Source: a virus | Taxonomy: Duplodnaviria > Caudoviricetes | IMG/VR virus record: IMGVR_UViG_3300032319_000216 | Coordinates: 1-26,240 of that record | Length of the DNA: 26,240 bases | Strand: one strand, 5' to 3' | Part shown: positions 15,880 through 24,176 of the stretch, piece after piece | Layout: the number at the start of each line of letters is the position of its first letter | Numbering within the stretch: position 1 is the first letter of the stretch | Program-made: the position numbers and the translations under genes | Notes under the pieces: model-generated | What the model saw: only the letters and a program-made list of their open reading frames with translations | The model's database searches: none | What the model was told of the DNA's origin: nothing

Positions 15880-17160
15880 TTACAGCGCGGTTAAAAACAC
15901 CGTGTCATCGATTCCGCCCATGGTAACAGTCCACGTTGCATCTGTGGTCTGGTACGTGCTGTTACCCGCACCTTGCAGCGCTTTGAGAACTGGCGTGGTG
16001 GCGTACCCGTAGCCGTTAAACGAAATGGCGGCTGGTGCGGCAGGAACACCACCGGCGCTGGTTGTCACGGTGAATAACGGGGCCAAAGGCGGGTTAATAA
16101 GCTGCGTCTGAATTGCAGGGTTGGTTGCCGTAGCGGCCTGAGTAGCGGTCACGCCGCCGCCCGACCACACCGGAATCCAAGGAATGCTGGTGCCGTAGCC
16201 AGCACCGGCCGCGTTAGCAGCAACGGCGGTAACCACAAGGTTGCAGATTGCTGTAGCCGCAGCGCTGGTAATGGTTTGCGTGCCCGACATGGTGATGGTC
16301 GGTGCAGAGGTGTAGGTTTGGTTGCCAGGAAAAGCAACCGTTACCGCAGCAAGCTGGTTCGTGTTAACCAACGTCAAAGTAAACGTGGTCGTGTTAAGCG
16401 CGCCGGTCGTATCGCCGGGAGCGTTGACAATCTGCAACGTAGGCGCTGCAACGTAGCCCGCCCCCTGGTTAATAACGGTTAAGCTACTAATTGCGCCGCC
16501 GGTCAAAACGGCCTTGACGGTTGCGGGAATGTACGGTTGCGCGCCTTGGTTGGCGGGCGGAACCACGATGACTTGCGGGGCTTGCGTGTAACCGCTGGAT
16601 GCGGTGGTGCCGTTGACAACCGTAATGGTCGTGCTGATGGAGCCACCAATAAACACGTTCAGCAAACCGCCCTGTGTGGTGGTTGCACTGACCGGAGCGG
16701 TGGCCGTGCTGAGGGCTGTGTTTGCCGTACCGTTTTGGATCACAACAAAGTTGTTGTACTTGTCGTAACCGTAAAACCCGTTAGGTACGGCTGTGTTGGC
16801 CGTGCCTACGTTGGTCACAACCGCGCCAACCACGCCGCCGGTGGTGTTGATAATGCGGGCGTTTGTGCCGTCAGACGATACAAAGTACGGAATTTGGTCA
16901 AATGCCGTCAGGTAGCGCCAAAAATAAGATTGTTGATCCCAAATTTGCACATTGCTGTACTGTCCGGCTTGCACAATCCAGTTGCCAGCAGGAATTGTAA
17001 ATGCACGCGAAGTGGTGCCAGCGGTGTTGCTTGCGGGCAAAGTGAGCGTCAACGCGCCGCCGGTCAAGCTGGTAGATTGCTGCTGTCCAGCGTTGTTCGT
17101 AACAAAAAACGTCCGGGCTGGCGGGTTGGTGCCAAACGCGGTAAGTTGATTTATGCCCAT
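15880..17160 (-). CDS. Putative capsid decoration / head fibre protein with GxGY-AP repeats (426 aa)
   Basis: Immediately after the major capsid gene, strong AAGGAG SD, very Thr/Ala/Gly-rich. Confidence 0.6.
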   Translation of the reverse strand: MGINQLTAFGTNPPARTFFVTNNAGQQQSTSLTGGALTLTLPASNTAGTTSRAFTIPAGNWIVQAGQYSNVQIWDQQSYFWRYLTAFDQIPYFVSSDGTNARIINTTGGVVGAVVTNVGTANTAVPNGFYGYDKYNNFVVIQNGTANTALSTATAPVSATTTQGGLLNVFIGGSISTTITVVNGTTASSGYTQAPQVIVVPPANQGAQPYIPATVKAVLTGGAISSLTVINQGAGYVAAPTLQIVNAPGDTTGALNTTTFTLTLVNTNQLAAVTVAFPGNQTYTSAPTITMSGTQTITSAAATAICNLVVTAVAANAAGAGYGTSIPWIPVWSGGGVTATQAATATNPAIQTQLINPPLAPLFTVTTSAGGVPAAPAAISFNGYGYATTPVLKALQGAGNSTYQTTDATWTVTMGGIDDTVFLTAL

Positions 17161-17170
17161 GATTGACTCC

Positions 17171-18178
17171 TTAGATGGTGGCCGAGTTAAACCCGGTCAC
17201 TTTAACCATCGATGACGGCTTTGTAAACACCAGTTCGCCCATGGTCAGCAGCACGCCCAAATAACCGAGCTGGCCGTTAGACACAAGCGACTCAAAACCC
17301 GTGAACGCAAAACTTGCGTTTTCGTGCAAATACAAATTCATGTAGTTGCTGTTGTTCAGGAACAGCGTGCCTTCGGGGCAGTAGTAGTCCGGGTAAATTG
17401 GCACGCCGCTAACCATCAAAGCACGAAACGACGAGCGCGGGCCGTCGCCGGTGGCGTCAAAGCTAGACCCGGGCGTAATGTTGTACTGCTCTTGACCAAT
17501 AAAGTCTTGTTGCAGCAACGTCCAGGTGCCAAAACCCATCAAACCGTAAGTCGGCACCTCGCCGCAGTTTTTGACTGCGCCGTTTATGTACTGGGCCACG
17601 TTTTGCCGAGTGGGGTTGACCGATCCCGCGCTATACAGTTTGGCTTTCCAGAACGTGTTGGTCGTCCGGTTGATGTTGCCAAACGTGGTTACGTTTGTGC
17701 CATCGTCAATACCGGCAGACAGTGAGCTGAACGCTTGAGGATTGCCAGTGTTGGAATACAAGGCGGTAGCCATTGCGTCAGACATGACGTTACCGGCGTC
17801 ATTCATGACGGCTTCAATCCGAGGCACAACCGCATAGTCAATTTGCACCGCAGCTTCCGTGCCAATAAACGGAATGGGAACCATTGCCATTTTGAGCGCA
17901 TATTCAGCGTCTTGAATGCCGTTTTGCTGCGACGGAATTTGGAACGATGCGTCATAACCTGACCATACGTTTGTCGTCATGCGAGCGCCCTGTACCGGCA
18001 CCGTGATCGGGCTGATACCGCCGCTTGCAAGCTGTGCATTGGCAATCGCCGACGCCAAAAACGGGCTAGCGTTGTAAATTTGCACCGTCACAGTGGGCAA
18101 AAATGCCCGGCGCGTGATGGCGGTCAATTCGGCTGCTGCTGCGCCGGACGGGGTAATACCAATGCCAGGAAGTGCCAT
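17171..18178 (-). CDS. Major capsid protein
   Basis: 335 aa, GGAG SD, follows the scaffold-like gene. ELTAITRRAF, FGNINRTTNTFWK and GVPIYPDYYCPEG fit HK97-fold capsids. Confidence 0.85.
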   Translation of the reverse strand: MALPGIGITPSGAAAAELTAITRRAFLPTVTVQIYNASPFLASAIANAQLASGGISPITVPVQGARMTTNVWSGYDASFQIPSQQNGIQDAEYALKMAMVPIPFIGTEAAVQIDYAVVPRIEAVMNDAGNVMSDAMATALYSNTGNPQAFSSLSAGIDDGTNVTTFGNINRTTNTFWKAKLYSAGSVNPTRQNVAQYINGAVKNCGEVPTYGLMGFGTWTLLQQDFIGQEQYNITPGSSFDATGDGPRSSFRALMVSGVPIYPDYYCPEGTLFLNNSNYMNLYLHENASFAFTGFESLVSNGQLGYLGVLLTMGELVFTKPSSMVKVTGFNSATI

Positions 18179-18189
18179 TTTCTACTCCA

Positions 18190-18720
18190 TTAACTGGGCC
18201 GACGCCCGCGTAGTTCGTCAATAACTTGATACGCCTGTTGCTGGGCGTGTGCTCTGAGGTTTCCGCCAAACTCTTTCAAGTCGGGCGTGCTAGGAACTGT
18301 AAATTTGCGCTGTTGGTGAAACGCCGCCGGGGTAGGCTCTGCTGCTTTGCGCGACGCCATCAAAAATTCGGCAGCGGTTTCGTGCGACACAAGCTGTTTT
18401 TCCACCATCATTTTTTCAAGCGCGGGCAAATCGTTTTCGTTCATGCCCTTGACTTGCAAGGCTTTTTTGCGGCCTTCTTCAATCTTGGCTTGCAATTCAC
18501 GCTGTTGGTGGGCCTTTTCCAATTCGGCCAAACGATCCAAATGCGGTTTGAAATGCGAACTCAATTGTTGAGGAATGTCAATCTCTGGAATTGCGGTGTC
18601 AGGGTTGGCAGTTTTGGTGAGCTGCAAAAACCCGTTGCGCGTTTTAGGATTGGTAGCCAACGTGCTTGCCAGCTCGGCAAGCGCGTTGATTTCTTCGGTG
18701 GTGCGGCCTTCAAGTGACAT
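18190..18720 (-). CDS. Putative scaffolding protein
   Basis: Charged coiled-coil protein directly upstream of the capsid gene, ending in a basic C-terminal helix. Confidence 0.55.
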   Translation of the reverse strand: MSLEGRTTEEINALAELASTLATNPKTRNGFLQLTKTANPDTAIPEIDIPQQLSSHFKPHLDRLAELEKAHQQRELQAKIEEGRKKALQVKGMNENDLPALEKMMVEKQLVSHETAAEFLMASRKAAEPTPAAFHQQRKFTVPSTPDLKEFGGNLRAHAQQQAYQVIDELRGRRPS

Positions 18721-18752
18721 GATGATTCCTGCTGACGGTCAGGGGTTGAAAA

Positions 18753-18932
18753 TTACTTGGTGCCGCCGGGCTTGCGCAATTTCAGCGTAGGCTCGGCTTT
18801 GTCCATGTTGTTTTTGGTCGCGCCACCAATTTCGGGCAACCGAGGCGGATTCAAAATGGAACCATTTCGCTTTGCCGTATCGGTGGGCATGCGAATAGGA
18901 TAGCTTTTGGGTGCAAACAGTTTGGTAACCAT
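18753..18932 (-). CDS. Small basic Pro-rich hypothetical protein (59 aa)
   Basis: AGGAG SD before ATG at 18932 (MVTKLFAPK...). Confidence 0.7.
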   Translation of the reverse strand: MVTKLFAPKSYPIRMPTDTAKRNGSILNPPRLPEIGGATKNNMDKAEPTLKLRKPGGTK

Positions 18933-18947
18933 GATTACTCCTATCAA

Positions 18948-19376
18948 TCAGTGCGGCATCATAGGTGGCATGCCACCGGGCATTTGCGGGGTCATACCGG
19001 CACCGGCAGCGCCTTGCATGGCTTGAGCAACCGGCGACGGTTTCAAACCTTGCATCAATTGTTGCAATTCTGCCGGAATAAGGTCTTTGGATTTGTTCCG
19101 CGCCCCGCCAAATTTCCGAGACAGCGTTGACAACACAGACAACACTGCGCGGCCTTCTTCGGATTCAGACCCAAGCGCGGGCAAAGATTGCTCCATCAAG
19201 TCCATGGCAATACTGAGATTGACCATTGCAGACTGTTTTTCGCCGTTGGCGGGCTGCGGTGTGGTCATGGGCGAACCTGCGGGAGATTCTGCGCCGGGCA
19301 ATTGAGGCGGCATTGCGGCTGGCGGGCCTTTAACCCCGCCACCGCCCGCTATTAGTTGCATCAAGTCTGGACTCAT
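18948..19376 (-). CDS. Hypothetical Pro/Met/Gln-rich protein in the head module
   Basis: ATGA overlap with the upstream gene; helical core flanked by low-complexity ends. Confidence 0.7.
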   Translation of the reverse strand: MSPDLMQLIAGGGGVKGPPAAMPPQLPGAESPAGSPMTTPQPANGEKQSAMVNLSIAMDLMEQSLPALGSESEEGRAVLSVLSTLSRKFGGARNKSKDLIPAELQQLMQGLKPSPVAQAMQGAAGAGMTPQMPGGMPPMMPH

Positions 19377-19987
19377 ACCGGGACTTCTTCCCAGCTAAAA
19401 CTAAACCACATGCCAGCAACCGATGCTTGAGTTGGAGACACCCACAAAGCATATCCGCCAGGAGGCAAAATAATTGAGCCTTCTAAATCAATCACAGACC
19501 CGATGCCGTTTTGAGTGGCCGTAGCGGTGTTTTGCACAAACACGTCGTAAAACGGCGCGGTAGGCAAGGTTGCCGAAATGGACGCCTGAATTACGCCGGG
19601 GCCAGAACCGGTAAACGCGTTGCGAACGGCAAGCGGCGTTGTGTTGGTAACGGCGGTTGTTGAATTGAACCCGGTGGCAATTGCAAACGCTTCAACCTGC
19701 GTAGATTGAATGACCGACTGCATGATGGAACATTTGTTCAACACCGCGTTTACCGTACTGGTAATCGGGTTAAAAATGCACAAACCCGTGTAAGTGGTTG
19801 CCAAACCGACCGTGGTGGTGGCAACGGCTTGCGAAGCGGCTTTGTAAATGTTTTTACGGTACGTTTGTTCGTAGTACCGGCCATGCAACTCACTTACCAA
19901 AGCGTCACCCTGCTTGCCAGCGCGAGCAACAATGGTTTGCGAATCGCTGTTGTTTTGCGGGCCAGTAACAATCTGATTTGCTGCCAT
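19373..19987 (-). CDS. Hypothetical beta-rich protein (204 aa)
   Basis: AAGGA SD; Thr/Ala-rich strands, GSIILPPGG and terminal WEEVPV. Confidence 0.75.
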   Translation of the reverse strand: MAANQIVTGPQNNSDSQTIVARAGKQGDALVSELHGRYYEQTYRKNIYKAASQAVATTTVGLATTYTGLCIFNPITSTVNAVLNKCSIMQSVIQSTQVEAFAIATGFNSTTAVTNTTPLAVRNAFTGSGPGVIQASISATLPTAPFYDVFVQNTATATQNGIGSVIDLEGSIILPPGGYALWVSPTQASVAGMWFSFSWEEVPV

Positions 19988-19996
19988 GGTTGATCC

Positions 19997-20254
19997 TTAC
20001 GACAATCGAATAAATGTGGGGTCAAGATATGTAAACACATCTTGCCGCAAAGTGTTTACGTCTTCAACGGGCGTGCGGCCAGCAGCCATTTCGCTTACCA
20101 AAGCGTTAAGCACCCGCAATTCAGACAAAATTCCAAACAAAATGGCGGTTTGCGACGCATTGCCACCGTCAATCGGCAAGTCTTGCGTATTGCCAAGCGC
20201 GTCCTTTGGATAAAGGACATTGATAAGCGTTGGCGTGACGGTTGGCTTAGACAT
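19997..20254 (-). CDS. Hypothetical protein (85 aa)
   Basis: Starts 2 nt after the upstream stop; amphipathic helix ILSELRVLNALVSE. Confidence 0.7.
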   Translation of the reverse strand: MSKPTVTPTLINVLYPKDALGNTQDLPIDGGNASQTAILFGILSELRVLNALVSEMAAGRTPVEDVNTLRQDVFTYLDPTFIRLS

Positions 20255-20256
20255 TT

Positions 20257-20868
20257 TTACGCCAAGTACACAATCGGCGCGTTGTTGGCCGTAAACGTGG
20301 TTGGAGTCGTGATGCTGGTTGGCACCGTCCCAAACGTACCGCTCACGGTTGTCGAGACAATTTCAATGAATGTCGATGCTGCCACCGTGCGAATTGCGCC
20401 AGCGGTAGTACCGTTGCCTTGCACAGCAATGAAATACTGTTGCGGGCCGTACAAAAGCACTGAGCTGATGGTCGCGCCAGCGGCATTCAGCACAAGCGAA
20501 AATTCTTGGAACGTGTTAGCGCCAGAAAGCACTGCCCCGGCTACCGCGCTGTTGGCAACCAAGTTGCCGCGAGAGTCGTACAACGCAACAAGAATGTTGT
20601 CAGTGGTAGCGGTGCCGCCTTGCAACACGCCAATTTTGGTGACGGTGCGGTTGTACGGTACAAAAATGTCCGTGACCCACAATTGACCCGCAACGTCAGT
20701 AGTGTTGGTGCCAAGCGAGCCGTAAGCCACGCTGCCAATAGAAATGTTGCTGACGCGGAGCTTACCGCCAATAGTCGAATTGCCGCCGTTCACCGTTTGG
20801 GCAGCAATAAAATTGTTTTCGGCCTGGGTGCCTACCGACTCACCAACCTGTATGTATCCGTTTGGCAT
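20257..20868 (-). CDS. Hypothetical beta-sandwich putative virion protein (203 aa)
   Basis: GGAG SD; Thr/Gly/Val-rich; VALYDS.G and YFIAVQ strands. Confidence 0.75.
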   Translation of the reverse strand: MPNGYIQVGESVGTQAENNFIAAQTVNGGNSTIGGKLRVSNISIGSVAYGSLGTNTTDVAGQLWVTDIFVPYNRTVTKIGVLQGGTATTDNILVALYDSRGNLVANSAVAGAVLSGANTFQEFSLVLNAAGATISSVLLYGPQQYFIAVQGNGTTAGAIRTVAASTFIEIVSTTVSGTFGTVPTSITTPTTFTANNAPIVYLA

Positions 20869-20886
20869 TCCGTACTCCGTTCACGA

Positions 20887-20917
20887 GAAAAACATGGGCC
20901 GGGTCTGACGCCCCGGC
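20887..20917 (-). terminator. GC hairpin after the micro-ORF; possible weak terminator or attenuator
   Basis: GCCGGG-GCGTCAGA-CCCGGC followed by CCATGTTTTTCT; the U-tract is offset from the stem. Confidence 0.45.
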
Positions 20918-20924
20918 TGTCGAA

Positions 20925-20966
20925 TTAACGACGAGCCTTGCGGCCCTTGCGCGACTTGCGTGCCAT
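20925..20966 (-). CDS. 13-aa Arg/Lys-rich micro-peptide MARKSRKGRKARR
   Basis: AAGGAG 6 nt upstream of ATG, TAA stop, its own upstream promoter, and uniform CGC/CGT/AAG codons. Confidence 0.7.
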   Translation of the reverse strand: MARKSRKGRKARR

Positions 20967-21024
20967 GGTTCACTCCTTGAACATTGGGGCCACCTGAAAA
21001 GGCAAGCAGCCATACCTTGCGCGC

Positions 21025-21052
21025 AATGTAACGCGACTTGGTATGTTGTCAA
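21025..21052 (-). promoter_or_regulatory. Sigma70-type promoter for the micro-peptide and capsid operon
   Basis: TTGACA (21052-21047), 16-nt spacer, TACATT (21030-21025); just downstream of the portal terminator. Confidence 0.65.
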
Positions 21053-21072
21053 ACTTGCGTTTTGGGTCAACC

Positions 21073-21097
21073 AAAAAAAATCCCGCACAAAGGCGGG
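21073..21097 (-). terminator. Rho-independent terminator after the portal gene
   Basis: CCCGC-CTTTGT-GCGGG-A followed by 8 T. Confidence 0.75.
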
Positions 21098-21121
21098 CAA
21101 GGGGGGAGGCAACGCACAAAA

Positions 21122-22792
21122 TCAGGTTTGTTTGGGTGCTTGTTTGGAGGCTTCCATTGCTGCTTTAGCCTGGGCTGCTTTGGCTTCTGCCGCCTCAATC
21201 TCCTCCAATTCCCGAAGTATAACTTCTTTGCTTGGAGGGTTGACCATCTCAATCAAGCGGCTGCGTTTGATGGCTTTGGCTTCGTAAAGTTCTGCCGCCA
21301 AAGATTTTTGATCTTCAACAAACAACGGCGAATTGCTGTGCGCGTCAACGCGCAACGTAGCGCCTTCTGGAATCTGGTCAAGCGCAAAGTACCGAATGTC
21401 CTTGCCCCTTTGTATATGCAATTTGCTGTCATCGTACCGCCGCAACGCTTTGAAATACTTGGTCACAATGGCGTCAAGACTATCTTCCACCAAAAGCGCC
21501 CGCTTTTTGATGCGCGCCGAACCCAAGCGAGCCAGCTCAGACGTTTGACGCCCGGAGCGCACGCCGCTTTCGCCTCGGCCCATCAGCAAATTGTGCAGGC
21601 CCACGGCTTCGCTAAACATTTCGTCAATGAACCGGATTTCGGTAAACACATCGGGTGGAATGTCCGGCTTGAATTGATGCACCTTAGACATTGGATCCGA
21701 CATGGCAAACACGCCGCCCGATTTGTTGAGCGCAAAATCCATTTCATCCAGCGCGCCGTTAAACGCTTCCAGCGCGGTAGGCGGGTTGACTTGTTTCGCC
21801 AGCAAGTCGCGCACCTGATCCATGCGTTCGTTGCGATAGTTTTGAAGCCCTATCAAGCTGGCAACAATACTTCTGCCCCAAAAATAACCCTGTTGCGGGT
21901 CGGGGCATATGTGGCCGTAGGGATGCTCACGGGGCAAGAAAAAATTTGGCCTGTCGTAAATGGTGACGTTTTGATCTGCGCGAGTAACAACGCGGTAGTC
22001 TTCGTCGTCGTCGTCCCAAATCCAGAGTTCTTCCATCAGGATTTGTTCTGCGCCCATAGACGGTGTGTAATCCACACGACCATCCATGGCATATGCTGCG
22101 TTGCCTCGCGCCGTGTTGCCGGGTGTCACTGGCCCGCTACCAATTTGGTTAGTCACAATGATCTGCCGCAACGCCTGCGGCATGTCGTCTCCCTTAGCGG
22201 CTGGTTTTGCCTCAAGTTGCGACAAAATTTGATTTTTGTTTGGGTGCGCGTGCAGTTCGTGCTCAAGCTGCGACTTGGTAATTGTGTACCGATGCGCTAT
22301 GGCTTCTTGCCTGTCAAGGTAGTTAACGTCCTCGCGGTACACGCCAATGCAGTGCGGCTCGACAACATAAGGCGCTACGTGAGTGCCCCTGACAATTAAC
22401 TTTATGATAGCGCTGTTGTACACAAGCGCCCACTCCAAACCCATGCCAAACGTGATGTCGCCATTGGATGAGCGCCATTCTTCGTTGACGGCTTTGCTGA
22501 CCGTAGAGGCCCGATCCCATTCTTCTTTTTGCACGCTAACTGGAAATTCGCATGAAAAACGCGTGGTGTCTGCGCTGTAAAGAAATGCCGTCAACGTGTC
22601 AATGGCCGGGTAAATTTTGTTGTAGGGCGTTGATCCGTACTGCGGAGCGCATCCGTACAAGTAGTAATGCTTAAGTTCGTCGTAGGTTTTTTTGCGACGT
22701 TCTACCGACTGGAAACAAACATCCAGCACTTCTTGATAGAGTTGGTCGCGGGCAAACAATTGCTCCGGCGTGTTGCCTTTTGGAATTTTCAT
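21122..22792 (-). CDS. Portal protein
   Basis: 556 aa between terminase and capsid; YNKIYPAID, YFWGRSIV..LIGLQ and GESGVRSG patterns fit podoviral portals. Confidence 0.85.
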   Translation of the reverse strand: MKIPKGNTPEQLFARDQLYQEVLDVCFQSVERRKKTYDELKHYYLYGCAPQYGSTPYNKIYPAIDTLTAFLYSADTTRFSCEFPVSVQKEEWDRASTVSKAVNEEWRSSNGDITFGMGLEWALVYNSAIIKLIVRGTHVAPYVVEPHCIGVYREDVNYLDRQEAIAHRYTITKSQLEHELHAHPNKNQILSQLEAKPAAKGDDMPQALRQIIVTNQIGSGPVTPGNTARGNAAYAMDGRVDYTPSMGAEQILMEELWIWDDDDEDYRVVTRADQNVTIYDRPNFFLPREHPYGHICPDPQQGYFWGRSIVASLIGLQNYRNERMDQVRDLLAKQVNPPTALEAFNGALDEMDFALNKSGGVFAMSDPMSKVHQFKPDIPPDVFTEIRFIDEMFSEAVGLHNLLMGRGESGVRSGRQTSELARLGSARIKKRALLVEDSLDAIVTKYFKALRRYDDSKLHIQRGKDIRYFALDQIPEGATLRVDAHSNSPLFVEDQKSLAAELYEAKAIKRSRLIEMVNPPSKEVILRELEEIEAAEAKAAQAKAAMEASKQAPKQT

Positions 22793-23298
22793 GCTGCTAC
22801 GTCGCCGCTAGGCAACCCCGCTGATTTGCCGTCATATGGGCGAATTCCCTGCAAGTTTGGCGTAAGCGTTGGCATTGCCACGCCTCGGCCAATGGGAACA
22901 TAGTTTTGCCCGCCGTCTGTTTTTTGCAACCCTGTTGGGCCAAGCGCGTTGAGGTTGGGCATTTGTCCAATAGGCTTGAACAGCCCATCTATAGCTTGTC
23001 CGGTTTTCTTGCCGTAGCCAAGAGAGTTGGCGTCATCGTAAAGTTTTTTGCGCGTCCAATAGTCAGCGCGTTGCATTCCGTCACCGCCTACGTTGTTCAT
23101 GTTTCCCACGCCTTGATCGCGTGCAAGCGTCTCAAACGTATTGTTGATGTTGCGAAAGCCTTGGCTTTGAATGGCTGGCGCCGTGCGAAATACGCGCTCA
23201 ATCATGCCATCGCCTTTGCAGCCTTTGGGGCACTGCGGTTTGGTGCCCTCAAAATCGCCATGGGCAAGGCATACCCATTCTTTTATAACTCTGCTCAT
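22789..23298 (-). CDS. Zn-ribbon (FmdB-like) protein
   Basis: EWVCLAHGDFE....CPKGC....ERVFRTAPAI; ATGA overlap with the portal gene. Confidence 0.6.
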   Translation of the reverse strand: MSRVIKEWVCLAHGDFEGTKPQCPKGCKGDGMIERVFRTAPAIQSQGFRNINNTFETLARDQGVGNMNNVGGDGMQRADYWTRKKLYDDANSLGYGKKTGQAIDGLFKPIGQMPNLNALGPTGLQKTDGGQNYVPIGRGVAMPTLTPNLQGIRPYDGKSAGLPSGDVAA

Positions 23299-23300
23299 AA

Positions 23301-23762
23301 TTAGCGCTCCAAAAGTAACATTTTGCCAAAAAAAACGTCAATTTTTTTGGGCAACGGCGCAACCGGCAACAATTGCAGCCTGGGCCGACCAGCCGGTGAA
23401 AACGTCACGCGGTGCCGTATTGGCGGTTTTGGTGGCTCAAAATCCGGTGGCGGATCCGACAAATAAACTATTTTGTTGTCGCGCTTTACAACCAAACCGG
23501 CGCGGTACAGGCTTAAAAACCGCGTCAAGTCGCGTGCAATGCCCGGCCTAGCGTGTTTTGTGAGTACGCCGCGCTCAATCTTGCCAAGGTAGCTGTTTTC
23601 TACTTGATCCAGCCCGCACTCGCGCTTAATGTCAGCAATGGTGATGTTGTTTTTCCAAAACTTATGGTCTCGGCTGCGCGGAATGGTCAACAAAACGGCC
23701 CGCATCTCGTCCATTGGCATGATGCGAAAGTTCGTATCTTCGCGCTCTTTGAACTTGGTCAT
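23301..23762 (-). CDS. Hypothetical protein with an HTH-like segment
   Basis: ITIADIKRECGLDQVENSYLGKIERG resembles an XRE-type HTH; ATGA overlap with the upstream gene. Confidence 0.55.
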   Translation of the reverse strand: MTKFKEREDTNFRIMPMDEMRAVLLTIPRSRDHKFWKNNITIADIKRECGLDQVENSYLGKIERGVLTKHARPGIARDLTRFLSLYRAGLVVKRDNKIVYLSDPPPDFEPPKPPIRHRVTFSPAGRPRLQLLPVAPLPKKIDVFFGKMLLLER

Positions 23763-24094
23763 GGCCGGTAATCAAAAATCCAACGGACGTTGATCGGATC
23801 AGGAACGTATTGAATTGCCCCTGCTGGCTTGATGTTTTTTGGCTTGGGTACGTTTTGCTGTATGCAGTTTGGGGACAGACACAATGAGTTGCCGCAAAGC
23901 GTCTTGAGTGTAGCGCGGCCTGGGCTTGGAATGTTGGCAAGCAGGTTGTAAAACACATGGCGTCGCACCAAAAAAGTGCCGCCGTCTTTCTTGGCTTGGG
24001 GATAGCCCTTGCTGTTGACGGCTCCTTGCCACAGCCAGCAATTTCCACGTTCATCGCATCGAGCTTTAATTTCTTGTAGCGTGTCGTAGCTCAT
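23759..24094 (-). CDS. Degenerate HNH / His-Me finger homing-endonuclease-like protein
   Basis: CWLWQGAVNSKGYP...RR...CGNSLCLSP; start either 24094 (MSYD) or 24136. Confidence 0.7.
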   Translation of the reverse strand: MSYDTLQEIKARCDERGNCWLWQGAVNSKGYPQAKKDGGTFLVRRHVFYNLLANIPSPGRATLKTLCGNSLCLSPNCIQQNVPKPKNIKPAGAIQYVPDPINVRWIFDYRP

Positions 24095-24176
24095 GCTAGC
24101 GCTTTTTTCAATGCTGCTAAAAATTGACCATACCATGTACGCCTAAGACGCATAGTTGGCAATGCTGGCTTGTTGC

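Noticed and set aside
17160-17200. T7-like capsid frameshift or readthrough into the next gene
   Set aside because: No slippery sequence seen, and the next gene has its own strong AAGGAG SD.
21038-22399. 453-aa plus-strand ORF antisense to the portal gene
   Set aside because: Shadow frame of a real gene; no SD and unnatural composition. The same applies to 303..983, 16537..17166 and 20042..20686.
24134-24162. Possible promoter TTGCCA-17-TACATG upstream of the HNH-like gene
   Set aside because: The -10 lacks the conserved final T and no terminator precedes it; too weak to call.
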